Below, one piece after another: positions 48,342-62,206 of a stretch of 64,000 nucleotides of DNA. The notes beneath the pieces are model-generated. The model was not told the DNA's origin and made no database searches. It saw nothing but the letters and a program-made list of their open reading frames with translations. This DNA is from Rhina ancylostomus (lineage: Eukaryota). The translations under genes were made by a program, and so were the position numbers. Numbering within the stretch: the first letter of the stretch is position 1; every line of letters starts with the position of its first letter. Where the stretch lies: the NCBI GenBank assembly GCA_030265395.1, contig JARFYF010000094.1, positions 19,180,190-19,244,189 on the forward strand, in the 5' to 3' direction.

Positions 48342-50449
48342 CATCATCAAGTAGCTATCAAATATCAATACACAACTTTAATTAAGCTGCATCTTTGCTT
48401 CCACTACTTGCTTCCGCCATATAAAAGACAAGGCCAGGATAAAGTACATACAGCTGACTTTAAATTACTAACAATATCACAAGGTGTAAAGAAGAAGGGC
48501 AAAAGGAACTTAGAAAGAGGGAGGAGGGAGGGGTATCCATAAGTTGGATGTCTGTAAATTGGGGTCAGCCTGTATATCAGCCACTTAAGTCACAATCAGC
48601 CCTTTGCCAGAGAATTTACAGTGTGACTGTATCAATGCTATAAGATTGAGAATAACTTTTTATTATTGCTTTCTGATCAATTTATTATTTTTACAGATTA
48701 GCACTTCTGTAAAAAGGTGAAAACTTCTATGATGCATTTTGCCCAATAGGAAATAGAATTATCTGTATCCATTTCAATGCATCCACATTGGGGACAGAGT
48801 AGTTGCACCTAAATTGTTAGTGTATAACCAAAACCCATCAGTAACAGCTGGAAATCTTCCAACATCCAAGTTCCAAATTATTTCCAAATTACTTTCTGTG
48901 GCTCAAGGTAGAAAGTAAGTCATTTGACTGAGGGAGATAAACTGGGTTCCAGCATCTTGAACAGTAAAGAATCTACATAAAAATTAATTTTAGAATTCTT
49001 CTTTTATACTTAGTACATTAATTATTTTAAGCTGCACACACAGTATGAATGGAAGAAAAACAAATGGTTGAAAATAATTCAGTTGCGTGATTCAGTTCAT
49101 TCTTGTAAGAGCCAATGAGCCCACATTATTGGTTTTGAAAATAATTGGTAGTGAAGACTATTATTTGAATTGGAAGTTTTCTAATCAGCATGGACATGAT
49201 GGGCCAAACAACCTTCCCCTGTTTTGTAAATTTTCCATGATTCTAGAGCCAAGCGATTGAAATGTCTTTTTCTATGGTTTAAAGTTCAGCTGATTATGAT
49301 CTTTTTTCATGAAGACTGCATGATGCCTTTTAGATGTTTGAGCAATGCGGCACTAACAACTGGTAATTTGATCACTAGATAGCAGAGCTGAGCCATCTTT
49401 AAGTAACCTGTGGTTTCCAGGTGAAACAACGCACATTTATTGAATAGTATTTGTTGACAGTTTTAATTTGAGGATGGATGTGTCACCACAGTGTTACCAT
49501 TTCTCTTCCTTTGCATCAATTTTATTGGAAGGAGTTCAAGCTAAAACTGGAGTATTAAAAACAATGTGTAATAGAAATACCATATTAGCTCTAAAAGACT
49601 TTCTAAAGTAGCATGCTAATTATGCATTGATTGTTTTCAATTTTTTACACTACACACAGGCTATAATCAACCTTTTATCACAGAAATTTTTGCTGACTCT
49701 GAATCAGTGTTCATAATCTAATTCTCTTTTTCTCTTTGAAGTGCATGTATTTCATTAAAATTGATAATTATATATAGACATACATTTTAGTTGACTAAAA
49801 TAACTTGGTCACTTCAATGTTCACTTCTTAAAACCAAAAGTTGCATGCAATTTTAAGAACACATTGTACTCATTTGTGAAAGTAAATAAAATCATTGTAC
49901 CCAAACAATAAAAATATTAACNNNNNNNNNNATGCGTCATGAATCATTTAATATACCCAACCAAGCCAAATATACAAGAATTCAGGCTTCTGTTTCAAAA
50001 GCAGATCCTCAATTACTAGTTTAATCATCCAGCTGAAGGTTTGTTTCAAAATTATTTTATAATTTTATACAACCTTTAATTATATTTTGCAAAATCTTAA
50101 CCAAATGCACTATTGTCATACTTCCAGAAGGGGGCAGAAAGATTCCTATTTTCACTTACAGGGGACGAAGAATGTTTCATTTACTATCAAATATCACAAA
50201 ATGTTTTACAGAAATTTTCAAAATGATGTTATCAGTGATATAAAAACATTGTGTATGGCACTACAACTTTACAGCATTCGATATACCAGTGAGGGGAGTT
50301 ATCAGACAGGTTGCTTTGGCTTAGTCAATGACTAACTCTTCAACTAACTCCTTCCATAATCCTCCAAACCAAAGTTTATTCATTAACAAAAGAAAAGCAA
50401 GTCCAACATTGAGACATATTTTGCACTTCCAATTAGTTTGGAAAACAAT

Positions 50450-50800
50450 TGAAAGACTTGCAAAGACAACACACCTCAAAGTGTTTTAAAGGCAATAAAA
50501 GGTTTGCCTGTGTAACCAATGTTACATTGCAGGAGAGATAGCAGCCTAATCTGCACACAGCACATTAGTCCAATGATGACTGGATAATCGGATTTTAGGT
50601 GTTAGGGAGAGCTAACTATTGGCCAGGACAGACATTCCCTGTTCTTCTCTGAATAATTTAAAACAGAATATTTAATAGCCTGCCAGAGAAAACAGAAGTT
50701 CATCTAATATCTCATCCAAAATGGACCACCTCCAAAAACACACAACTCCCTCAGTCCAGCCAGTTGTTGGCAATTTTTTGTAGTCAAGTCTCTACATTAT
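50450..50800 (-). mobile_element. DeuSINE (SacSINE1-like)
   Basis: GCAGCCTAATCTGCACACAGCA...TATTGGCCAGGACA...TCTCATCCAAAATGGACCACCTCC..ACTCCCTCAGT. Confidence 0.7.
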
Positions 50801-51387
50801 AGTGACATTAAATTACTGAAAAAAATGGAGGAGCTCAGAGGTAAATTGTAAATAATTTTAGTTTCAGCTGTGATACAATCACCCAATGCAACCTCCCACA
50901 TGTCCTTTTTGATCTTTGTTAATTAAGCTCAATATTTGTTCCTTATTCCATAATAAGCCTCAAGAATACTTAACAACTGATGAAACTAGCCAAAGAAAAA
51001 CTTACAAAGTTAATCATTTCAGGTGGAATTTAATTCTTTTAACTATTTGTTTACTCATTTTTATTACGAACATTAATTTACAACATATGCTACTCAATTC
51101 CATCTCTTCTGGTTCTAAGCTAACTACATACATTGTATTACAATAATAAATGAAACATATAAATTTTTAAAAAGTCAAAAGCAGGAAATCTGTGGCTAAA
51201 TCAACGTCAACATTTTCTTGGTAAAACTTAATTTGCAGCTGGAATGTGTTGGAACACCCCTTATCACATGCAGACATAATTCACATTTCATTTCACTTAC
51301 ATTTAGGTAGCTCATAATACTGTACTGTTCAACAATGAGTACACTCCCATGAATTACTCAAAGGATAGAATAAAGTCAGAAATATCT

Positions 51388-51560
51388 AGGGAACATCATC
51401 ACCTCCAAGTTCCCTTGAGATGCGCACACAATCTTAATCTGTATAATAATAATAATAATAATAATAGTTACCAATTCACTGTTCATGGATTAAAATGCTG
51501 GAAATTCCTCCAAAACACCATTATTAGGACCACTTGTCGGAGGCTATTACAGCTCAAGTT
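51388..51560 (+). mobile_element. Old LINE 3' UTR fragment containing an (AAT)n microsatellite at ~51444-51467
   Basis: GGAACATCATCACCTCCAAGTTCCC...AAAATGCTGGAAATTCCT is homologous to 60010-60320. Confidence 0.6.
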
Positions 51561-51789
51561 TCTCTGTATATTTCAAAAATAAATATTTCCTACTCAGTAC
51601 CATAAAAAGTGTGAATACTATCCCAGAACTGGACTGTTTTACTGTCAGTGATGGAGTTACTTCGAAAACAATTCACAATTGACATAGCCAGCCTTAGAAA
51701 GGTTTGTATCTTGCCATAATAATAAGGAATAAATATGCAAGTATTTTGGCAAAAGCAGAAGGAACAACAATCAGCAAATATTTTACCTT

Positions 51790-52230
51790 TGCCCAAATAA
51801 ACTAGAGATCACCATATAGTTCTTCACAAACAACTTGGATAACCAAGAGGATAGTGAATGATTGAGATTGAAAGCTAGTTAAAACGTGGGTGGCAGAGGC
51901 TTGGATCAACAAATAAATAAAAAATAATTAAGGAGGCATGCCAGAAGTGCCCAGGAATAGTTAAGCTCTTCTGTTCTAAATCGTGGAAAAGGGTTTCAGC
52001 AGCAGGTGAGCTGAGCCAGGAGTAAGGTAATGGCATGGAAGTAGTAACTGGCTATCAAAGATAGGTCGAATTTGAATTCTGCTTGAAGGTAAAACACAAC
52101 ACCGAGTTTGAGTCTCAGAGAGCCAGGGAGAGAGAAAAAATGTTGACAGCATGGGAATGGAGTTTGTGGTGGAAATTAAAGATAATAGCTTTGGTTTTAT
52201 GAACATTTAAGTAAAGGAAAGTTTTCTGTG
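51790..52230 (-). mobile_element. Degenerate L2-clade LINE fragment
   Basis: AGGGTTTCAGCAGCAGGTGAGCTGAG and ATAGCTTTGGTTTT..ATTTAAGTAAAGGAAAGTT (NFL.LN..KTKAI on minus). Confidence 0.65.
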
Positions 52231-53587
52231 CAACGTAAAAAAAAAGATAAATGTTCAGAGTCTGGCCATTCTTACAACTTAATAAAACTGCTCCATATCG
52301 TTTGGGCATGTTTTAAATATCTATTGGAATAATAGGTATTCAACTTTTGGAATAATTACAAGTTAAATATTTAGTGATAGAACTTCAATTGGTTCAGATG
52401 GAGCAACTTATGAAAATAATATCAGTGGTTGAAAATATAGTACACAACTATTCGATGTACAAAGCCATAAACCTACATTCTGCCTAGAATACTATGAAAT
52501 CTATACCTGTGGATTCCACCTATTAAACCAACTTGATTCCTGACATTCTTTCAAACATTTAAATGAAGACTAAACCTTTGTGAAATGACAAGATGGTCTT
52601 ATATTGTTATGATCACATAAAATATAATATGGGACAATAACATTGCAAACTCAAAGCAAAAGATATTATTAAATAACTGATGGAATTATAAATGGAGACA
52701 ATTTTATTCTAACCCATGGAGGAAGTGCAATACTGGTCTTATATCCTGCTGATATTATATGTTACTGGTTAATGTAGGGTACTACTGGGTTAGCACGTGC
52801 ATTCCACCGGACCTCTTGAGCTTCCTATCTGGAAAGTCAGTAAAATCTCTGACTTCCATTAATACAGGAATTCATGACTGAACATTTTCTTCATAGATGA
52901 CTGAAAAGTTCAAAATGTTACTCTTCCTAAGGTGACTGCATTTATGGGACCAGTACTTTAAGGCAGTTTAATATATTACATTATGCTTTAATAACTCTTT
53001 AAGCTGAATTAATCGCAGAAACACATGAGCCAAAACCAAATGGTAATTCCATAAAATACATGCAGAAGTTTTGTATAACATTAGCTGATTGACAGATTGA
53101 ATCTCCAAGGAAGTTTGATCAGAAAAATGCTATATCTGTAGGCAAGGTATGACTAGCCAAAAGAAATATAAATTATGGAAGCATAAGAATATTTTCTAAA
53201 GATTCTGAANNNNNNNNNNNNNNNNNNNNNNNNNNNNNNNNNNNNNNNNNNNNNNNNNNNNNNNNNNNNNNNNNNNNNNNNNNNNNNNNNNNNNNNNNNN
53301 NNNNNNNNNNNNNNNNNNNNNNNNNNNNNNNNNNNNNNNNNNNNNNNNNNNNNNNNNNNNNNNNNNNNNNNNNNNNNNNNNNAAAGAAACAATACAAGTT
53401 AAATACTATTAAACAGTGTCATAGGAATTTTTAAAATTCTGTATTGCATTTGAAATTTAAAATCATGTTTTTCTAGATCAATACAAGCTGATCAAGGAAG
53501 AATTATTTGATTCGTCTCCAAGCCCTAATTTATCATGTACTTATGGAAAGCATATATATATATACACATACACAATTCTAGAAATAA

Positions 53588-54030
53588 AATAAAAGCAGAA
53601 AATGGTGGAAAACCTCTGCAGGTCAGGAAGAATCAATAGAAAGAAAAACAGTTAATGCTTCAGATTTAACACCCTTTATCAGAACTGAGGAAGGAGATTA
53701 GTTTAGGCAACAAAGAAGGTGAGGGACATCAATGGGCAGAATAAAGGGAATTTCTGTGAAGGGTACAATGATGAATCCTTTGTGTAATGTCTTGCTCATG
53801 TATCGGTTATGTTGTAAATTCTGGCCTATTGGTGCATGCCCAGCAAGCCAGAACATACAAATGCAAGAAAGAGGAAGAGAGAACTGACTGGCAAAACTGA
53901 CCAGTACTGATACAAACAGTTATCTGAATTGTTGGAGAATTTAATATTGAGTCCTGCAGGCTGAAAAGTACTTTTAAAAATGGCAAAAGGAAATACAACA
54001 CATCATAGCTCTTCATTTAACAATAAACCT
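53588..54030 (-). mobile_element. Penelope 3' end (GIY-YIG C-terminus, 3' UTR, pLTR)
   Basis: CAGAAAATGGTGGAAA..GCAGGTCAGG...CCCTTTATCAGAACT; TCTGAATTGTTGGAGAATTTAATATTGAGTCCTGCAGGCTG (QPAGLNIKF on minus). Confidence 0.75.
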
Positions 54031-55249
54031 TAATCACCAGCATACAGTAAGAGAATTCAAAGAGCTTGCAGAAGGAATAAAAAGCTATAATTTTAATCTT
54101 TTAAAATTCAGGCAAAAAACACTTTAGACTGATCCTAAAAATTAAAGAGATCTGCCAAAATAAAAGTCCTTTTATCCAGCCATAAAAACAAAGTGATTCA
54201 GAAAAGGGAATAAAAATTGTGCTATTTTGCAGCCTCAGTAGCATTATAAAACCTCCATTAACTAATTAAAACCACAGCAGATTTAGCTAGGCAGAACCAA
54301 GTACCTTGTGATTGGTTAAACACCACTGAGTTTAGTGATGCAGCTTCAAGTCCCACTTATAACTTTTTTAATCTTAGCTCCACTGAAGTACTCAAAAGAA
54401 AACCACACTGTACATCCTGGGCAGCTGCAGTCTAACCAATTCCATTGTGATTTGGTAAACAGATTAATTATCCAATTTTAATGAGCTGGAAATACAAAAT
54501 GTGACAAAAGGTACAACACTTTAATAATATCAGATCTACATTTGGAAGCTCAAACATCTTCACTTTCTGTCAACGTGATATACTTAGATTCTCCCCTCCC
54601 CACCACATTCTGTATCTTAAATTGCTCCTTTTCTGATAATGTCTTCAAACATTTTATTTAATTTTCATGAACTATTTTGTTCTGATGATTTCACAGCAGT
54701 AGCTGCAAGCAGCCCATGTTGCTTATGATTTGGATGCTTTACGTTTCCAGAAGTCTGCTCTTGTATAAACACGTTTCCCTAAAGATCTGCAATTATTCTG
54801 TTTGCCTACTGGATTAGATGCAGTCTTGTACTATTATACCACAGTTATTTTGGATAGGCAAATTAGATTCTCAAGCTAAACCAACTAATATTTATCTGTA
54901 AACATAGATAATGAAGCAGAAAAGAGCCATAAATACTAACAGCATAATGTAGAGCTGTTGCGGCTGGTGAGGTAGTTCAGGGTTTTCAGCTGTAGCCTAG
55001 TTTTACCATGTACATAAATGATGCAGACAAAAGGAAATATCAATACTTGCACAGGTTGGGATAACAGCAAATTGAGGAAGAACTAAAAATTACCGCAATA
55101 GATACTGACAAATTAGAGTAAACAGAATAATAAAATTGCTTCATCATAGTTAAAAGAAATTATAGAAGAAAAAAAGTTTGAGATTGTCTATGCAACTGGG
55201 GTCATCTAACCCAATAAATACTGCGTTAAAGCAGGCATTGTAAAAGATA

Positions 55250-55800
55250 TAATATTAACATTCAATACAAGTAAATCACTAGACACAAGTTATGGTGGTC
55301 AGACAATAGACAATTTTCAGTTGATTATTCAGATGTGGGGAACTAGAAAAACATTAGTCTTATTTTAACCACATGTAAAACAATGACTCGTGTAGTCATT
55401 TTTTTAGTTTTAATTTTAGATATAATAGAGTAATTAACATGGATTTGATGCATTTTGCACCTTGATTTCCAGATGAATTCCAGATGAGTTTGGCAAAATT
55501 ATAACATGCTATTAATTGATATCAAAGCTGTGGAGATTCAGGGTAAATCTTGGTCATGAATAAGAAATTAGGTGAAGTGAAGAAGCTTTGAGCATTTTTT
55601 TTAAATGGGAACAGGAAAATATTGAGTGGAGTGTCCCAGGACTCAGATTCAGGACCCTAACTGTTTTCATTTTAAATCCATGATTTCAACTCAAAAGTGC
55701 AGGAGTCAAGGAAGGCAATTTAAAAGGATAAATGAATTGATCTCAGAAAAGGGAAAGAAGATTAAAATTAATGCAGACAAACACAAAGTATAGATGACAT
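55250..55800 (+). mobile_element. Very degenerate CR1 RT fragment
   Basis: LDFQM...; AGTGGAGTGTCCCAGGACTCAGATTCAGGACCC (SGVSQDSDSGP, resembles SGVPQGSVLGP). Confidence 0.55.
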
Positions 55801-55905
55801 ACAGCTACACCAACAATACTCTACAAATTGGTTCTCAGCTATTTCAAAAGAGAAATTCTAATACTCTGCCTGAACAACCTTCAGTTGTCCATCCGTAAAC
55901 ACGTG

Positions 55906-55936
55906 TGCACACACACACACACACATACATACATCC
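55906..55936. repeat. (CA)n / (CATA)n microsatellite
   Basis: GCACACACACACACACACATACATACATC. Confidence 0.9.
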
Positions 55937-56667
55937 ACAAACACTAGATTTCTCCTTTGCCTATTTTGTTTATGGCCATTGTTTCAGCCACCAAGTCGGT
56001 GCCCTACCTGGACTCTTTCCTCTTCACTTTCAAGTGCCTTCATTCTCAAACTTTTTTTATTTCTATTCTTATTGCTACTTCTAATCAATGTGTACTTTTC
56101 TCTTCTGCAGTGCAAAATATTGGAACTTTTTTTGCTATAAAAAGAAAAACTGCAAAAGTCCATACTTTTTCAAGTTCTGTAACCTTAAGAGACTTCATAA
56201 CTACAGCGTGTGATCGGTTCAAAATTTATTCAGAATAGAATTAGCATATTGTACAAGTTCCACTCTTAACTTTTGTGTTATCTGAAAATAATCAAATACA
56301 GTTTACAAAGTTTATGACCCAAGTGTTATGTCAAACTAAATAATGCATTATAGCAAGAACAGTACTAAAACCAATGACACAATTAGTCAATAATACAAAT
56401 TAAAACCACGGTCACAATATAAACAGCCTAATGTTCCATCAACATAAATGTTATCTTTTCTTTAATACAAAAGGATATTAAATCCAAAAAGAACTGCATA
56501 GTAATATCATTGTTCATATGCACTTTGAATTAGATTAAAGGTACTTATCAATTTTTTTAAAAACTAGGAGCATATTGTTTTTAATGACCTCATGTAATTT
56601 CTTTCATAATGTCAGAAATATGACCAATTTGCACAGGACAGCTTGCCAAAAGGAGTCACAATATGAA

Positions 56668-57560
56668 GGCAAAATATTGCAGACTGTTGGAAACCCAAAA
56701 TAAAAACAGTACAAGTCAAGAAAAATTCAGTAGGACAAGCAGCATTTGTGCAGAGACAATCTGATATAACAAGTCAAGTTGATGATCTTTCATCAGAACT
56801 GGATAAAAATGGTAATTGGTTCATTATTGTCACATGTAAAGGTGGCAATGTAAAGTCACATGTACAGGTGAAAAAACCATCCCAAACATAATTACATCAA
56901 GGTAGTAGAAAGGGAAAAGCAATTATAGAAGGCAATATATAGTGTGACAGTTACAGAGAAGGTGCAGTGCAGGTAGACAAATAAGGTGCAAGGGCCATGG
57001 CAAGGTAGATTAAGAGATCATGAGTTCATCTTCATTATACAAGAGGTCCATTCAAGAGTCTTATAACACCAGGATAGAAGCTGTCCTTGAGCCATGTGGT
57101 GCATGTATAATAATGGGTTAAAATATAGAGAAGGTAGTGGTAGGAGAAAGGAGCCAAAAGGGAAGATTTTTTTTTGAAGGAGATCAATGTTTGATGTTGC
57201 AAGGAAAAAGCGGATGACAATAGGGCAAAAGATGAGTCCAAAGAAGGTACAAATGCAAATACAACTGTTGAATTTATTGGAGGAAGGCTGTAATGAACCC
57301 AATCAAACAAAGTGCTGTTACTCAGGCTTACATCAAGGTTCACTGGGATAGTACAGAACAAAAATAGTCAGGGATTGTGGAAATGAAACAGAGAAATAAA
57401 GTGATAAGTTTTTGGAATCACACTTGTGAACTCAGTGTCACTTGATTTACATTTGATCTTTTCACTGTAGAGACTACCATATCCTGAATAATAAATACAG
57501 TATGCCAAAATGAAAATAGCATTAATGGATTATTTCACCCAGAAAGTATGCTTGAGACCA
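56668..57560 (-). mobile_element. Penelope 3' end interrupted by a Rex1 3' fragment (56808-57105)
   Basis: pLTR ...GATCTTTCATCAGAACT at 56785; Rex1 CTTWLKDSFYPGVIRLLNGPL; Penelope resumes with GTTGAATTTATTG..GAAGGCTGTAAT. Confidence 0.75.
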
Positions 57561-57639
57561 TATTTGATTAGAATTAAAAATAGTAGATATCGTATTGTCA
57601 CAAATATCAACATAAAATGTAAAATTATAATAGATCTGT

Positions 57640-58110
57640 ATTAATCACTGGTTAGGCCCCACCTGGATTATTATATCCAATTCTGGATACTATAAAAATA
57701 ATTTCAAAGCTTAGTGAGGGTACAGAATGGATTTTAAACAATGATATCAGTTATATTGCTAGAGGAAAGACTCTGGGGTTGTTTTCCTTGGTGCAGAGAA
57801 CATTAAATTGACAATTAATTGAGGTGAAATGCATCATGAAGGCTTTGATAATTTCTTCATACTATATTTCCACTGGTGTTATAGACAAAGAAATAAAGGC
57901 AAGTTAATAAGTTTGTTTAAAAGATTTTGTCAACACAATCTGGAGTGCACAGCCAATGTGTGGTAGAAACAGATTCAATAATAATTTTCAAAAGTGGACT
58001 GTTATTTGAAGGAGAAAAATTGAAGGATAATGAGAAGGTACAACAGAAATGGACAAAGAGCTGACAAGGCATAATGCAGCAAATAATCCCTTCAATGTAT
58101 CATTATTCTA
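57640..58110 (+). mobile_element. Degenerate CR1 3' fragment
   Basis: TCACTGGTTAGGCCCCACCTGGA (LVRPHL) and GGGGTTGTTTTCCTTGG. Confidence 0.7.
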
Positions 58111-59179
58111 AGATTCAGTTGATTTATCATTGGCTTCGACCTTCACGCTCCTCAGACAACTTTTCAGAATATTGAAACACATATGGTAGCACATACACAA
58201 TTAAAATACGATTCATATTACAAAGCCACCTGCCAAGAATTTCATTTGGCTGCAGGCAGTGGGATGGTTTGCATTTTATGAGCAACTGCCAATAATTCTT
58301 CAAAATCAATGGACCCAAAACAAATCTGCAACTGAACGTTGCGTATATTCTAAAAACTGTTCTATTTCCTGTCCTTGTTCACCCTATCCTACAAGAAGAC
58401 CATCTGCAAACTAGTCCTTTAATACCATCAGCAAGGGACAAATAATGCTTTCCTTCAGGATATTCAACTTCTATAATTCTGCATTTATTTGATCTAATAC
58501 TCTGGAGTACACAGCAGAAACCTAAGTGCTGCTAAGTCTAAAATGGTTCTCTCATGTTTCCCCTTCCATCCTGATGAGAGTGATAAACATCACCTGTTCA
58601 GATTTAACTGTGGAAGGGTTCATACAGGAGGTTGGGATTCAAATGGTGGGGATGTAATCTCCAAACATATTACCAATGACTTTTTCTTCCAACTTAACTC
58701 TGATTGCAAAAAAATCTCTGGTCCATTGATGGTTCCATTCCATTATTTCTAGCCTGTGGCAAAAGCTTTAAATGGTGCAGTCATCTGTTTCTTCATGCAA
58801 GCGACTGTGCTCAATGCTACAGTGGACTAACACTCAGAGGAATGATGAGGCTTGCCTGCTGAACCATCCAAGAAAGAGATCCAGGAATTTTAGATATTAG
58901 TGGAATCAAGGGATATTGGNNNNNNNNNNNNNNNNNNNNNNNNNNNNNNNNNNNNNNNNNNNNNNNNNNNNNNNNNNNNNNNNNNNNNNNNNNNNNNNNN
59001 NNNNNNNNNNNNNNNNNNNTGGGTTATTTTAAGAAAATGCTGCTGAGGTAACAGATCAGTGGTAATCTGACTGTATGGTGACACAGTCATGTGAGACCAA
59101 ATTGCCTCCTATTTCATTGCCAGAATGCATTGATGCAATGAGGAGTGTACATTCCAGAAGCCTATCTGAAAATGTATCA

Positions 59180-60360
59180 AAGGTATCAAGGAGCCCTAAT
59201 AGAAGTGTGAAGTAAATGGAAATCTAACAGAAATATCTTCCCAGGCTGGATCATATTCACATAAAGTAATATAGTTTTGGCTGTTGGAAGTCAATCTCAA
59301 ATCATTAGACAGCACTGCAGGATTGCCTTATGGATGTGTCCTCAGCACAATCACCAATAGCTTCTCCATCAAACACCTTCCTTCCATCACATGATTAGTA
59401 GAAATGTTTGCTGCTGGTTGCAATGTTCAATTCCATTTGGAACTCCCCAAAAAATAAAACCACTCTTGCTCACAGGCAGCAAAATACAGATAACATTCAG
59501 GCGTACTATGCCAATTAGCATCCAACAGGTGAACACAAATTGTTCAATTACCATANNNNNNNNNNCTCATAAAATAATATCTACTGTTATTGCAAACGCC
59601 ACCATCAACATCACAGGAGTCATCAATGACTAGAAACTTAATAGGACCAGCCAAATAAGTCTAGTGGTTACAAGGGCAAATCAGAGACTAGGTATTTTAA
59701 TCAAATGATTCATCTCCTGAGTCTCCAAAGTCATTCCATGTTCTATGTTCTAAGTTGCATACCATCCACATGGCATTTATTAAGAGCAGTATGGAATATT
59801 CTCCACTTACATCAGTGCAATTCAAACAATATATTAGCATCTAGGACAAACGTTGCCTGCTTGAATGACATCCCAGTTATCATCAACTCATCATGGCTAC
59901 AGTGTACACAATCTACAAAATACTGCAATCACACTTCAAGGAATCGTCGACGGCAGCTTCAAAATCTGCAACCTTCACCAGCAAAGGGGATGAGGGCAGC
60001 TGACAACTGGTAGTAATTCCATGTTCAAGTTTCCTCCAAGGCCAGGGATGGGGAGATGGAAGCAGATACAATAGTGATGTTTAAGTGGCATTTAGACAGG
60101 TACATGAACATGCAGGGAATGGAGAAATATGGATCATGTTCAGGCACATGGGATTAGTTTAAATTTGGCATCATAGTTGACACTGACATCGTGAACTGAA
60201 GGGGCTGTTCCTGTGCAGTACAATTCCATGTTCTATGTTCTAAGTTGCATACCATCCTGACTTGGAAATATATCACCATTCCTCAATTGTCATTGTGTCC
60301 AAATCTTGGAGCTTCCTGCTCACAGTATGTAGGAGTATTGTTAGGAGTATACAAGAGAGT
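59180..60360 (+). mobile_element. Old CR1/L2-group LINE (RT and 3' UTR) with a younger CR1 3' tail inserted at 60041-60241
   Basis: AGLPYGCVLSTIT..SI.HLPSI and FAAGC resemble GVPQGSVLGP..FINDLPS / FADDC. The insert ends GGGCTGTTCCTGTGC..TATGTTCT and is flanked by AAG. Confidence 0.75.
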
Positions 60361-60489
60361 CCACATCAATAATTGAATAAAAAGTGCAGAGGACTTTGCA
60401 GTGCCAACTAAACTAGCTGTAATACTGACATGTCGGAATCCAGTGCTGAGGTCAATACTGACTGATCCAACAAGTTTTGTATTAGCATT

Positions 60490-60830
60490 TCATTGGAACT
60501 TAGTAGCTCACTAAGTTACTTCAGAGGGCAATTAATAATTAACTTCTTTGGAGAGAAATACAGAAGAGATTTACCAAACTTTGCTGCAAGTCTAGAAGTG
60601 CACATAGACTGAACAAGGACAGTGGATTCGCTTGCTTCAAGGGTATTAGTGAACCACGGGTGATTTACAATAAGTATGATGCAACCATGATAGGTACTAG
60701 CTTTTTATTCCACATTATAAACCAAATTTAAATACCCCAGCTGCCACAATGAAATTTGAAATTCTGCCTTCTGAACCTTTAGTCCAGTATCCTGGATTAC
60801 TTGTTTAATAACAGCCACCAGGCTACCAAT
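60490..60830 (-). mobile_element. Elasmobranch SINE-like repeat (same family as 18860-19110)
   Basis: TTCAGAGGGCAATTAA...ATTAGTGAACCA...CTAGCTTTTTATTCCA...TTTAAATACCCCAGCTGCCA..ATTTGAA. Confidence 0.7.
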
Positions 60831-61394
60831 CTTTTACAAAGCAAAGTTACAAGAACAAAGTTGTGTTTCAGCTCCTTTGCGAATGTTACAATTGAATCCA
60901 TCTCCATTACTATTCCAGGCAGAGAATTCTAGATTTTGACCCCCTCTATTTAAAAAAAAATCCTCATATCAGTTTTGTTCTTTTACCAATTACCTTCATT
61001 CCTTCTCCCAGTTCTTGAGCCTTCTGCCAATTTCACACCATCTGTTTGGTCTACACTCTGGAATCTTTTACGTAATTCTCTTCTGCATCCTTTTCAAAAT
61101 TGTTACATATTGCTTAATGTTAGGCACCTGAACTGGATGCAATACTTCAACTGTGGCTAAACCAGTTGCATGACTTCCTTCTATTACTCTCTGCATAAAA
61201 TAGTGTTTTGCTAACTTCTTGACTGAAAACCCCAGCCCTGATTTAAAGTTACATCTCATATCTTTTTTACCCACCTGCTAAAAAGAGTCCTCTATCTAAT
61301 TCAAAAATGCTGCATGAGACCATGTTCTACATAATGTGCACAAACATCATTTCCTTCAGGATCTGTTCTTCAACCAGCAATTTACATTGGTTGG

Positions 61395-61688
61395 TCAGGC
61401 TTGGCTCAGTGGCAGCATTCTCATATGAGTTCTGAGGTTGTGGGTTCAAACCACAACTACAAAATTGTTCAAGTAATCTCGGCTGGAGAAAGGGTTTTAC
61501 TTTAGAAGGTTCTATATTTCAGATAAGGTTATCTGAAGCTTAGCTTGTCCACTCAGTACTACACTTTTAGAGGGTGAAGAAAATTGTGTACCCTGATCAA
61601 TATTTATTCATTAACTAACTTTACAGAGAAAGATGACCTGATCATATATTTCACTGCTCTCTGTAAGACCTGCTTATGTGCAAAATCT
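61395..61688 (+). mobile_element. DeuSINE truncated by a Rex1 insertion
   Basis: A box TGGCTCAGTGG, B box GGTTCAAAC, CAATATTTATTC, CTGATCAT..TCACTGCT..TGTGCAAAAT. Confidence 0.7.
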
Positions 61689-62205
61689 ATCCGGATGCAT
61701 CATGGCTTGGGATAGCAACTGCTCTGCCCAAGACTACAAGAAATTGCAGAGACACAGCTCAGAACATCACAGAAACCAGCCTCCCCTACATGGGCTCTGT
61801 CTACACCTCTCACTACCTTGGTAAAGCAGCCAACATAACCAAAGACCCCACCTAGCCCACACATTCTCTCTTCTGCCCCCTTCCATCGGACAGAAGATAA
61901 AAAGCCTGAAAGCACCTACCACCAGGCTCAAAGACAGCTTCTATCCCATTGTTATATGACTATTGAATGATTCCCTAGTATACGATAGACTCTTGACCAA
62001 CAATCTACTTTGTTATGGCCTTGCACCTTATTGTCTGCCTGCACTGCACTCGCTCTGTAACTGTAACACTTTATTCTGCATTGTTATTGTTTTCCCTTGT
62101 ACTACCTCAGTGCACTGATGTGATGAAATGATCTGTACGGGATGGCAAGCAAAACAAAGTTTTTCACTGTACATGTGACAATAATAAACCAATTCACAAA
62201 TTTAC
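61689..62205 (+). mobile_element. Rex1/Babar LINE 3' end
   Basis: GCIMAWDSNCSAQDYKKLQR...TSHYLGKAANITKDP..HILFCPLPSDRR; family 3' UTR ending ATAATAAACCAATT. Confidence 0.92.
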
Positions 62206-62206
62206 C

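Noticed and set aside
58561-58618. CTGATGA plus an inner stem inside a 9-bp outer stem
   Set aside because: There is no GAAA after the inner stem (not a hammerhead) and no D box (not a snoRNA).
61468-61490. TTCAAGTAATC resembling miR-26
   Set aside because: Only 11 nt match, it lies in a DeuSINE, and there is no hairpin.
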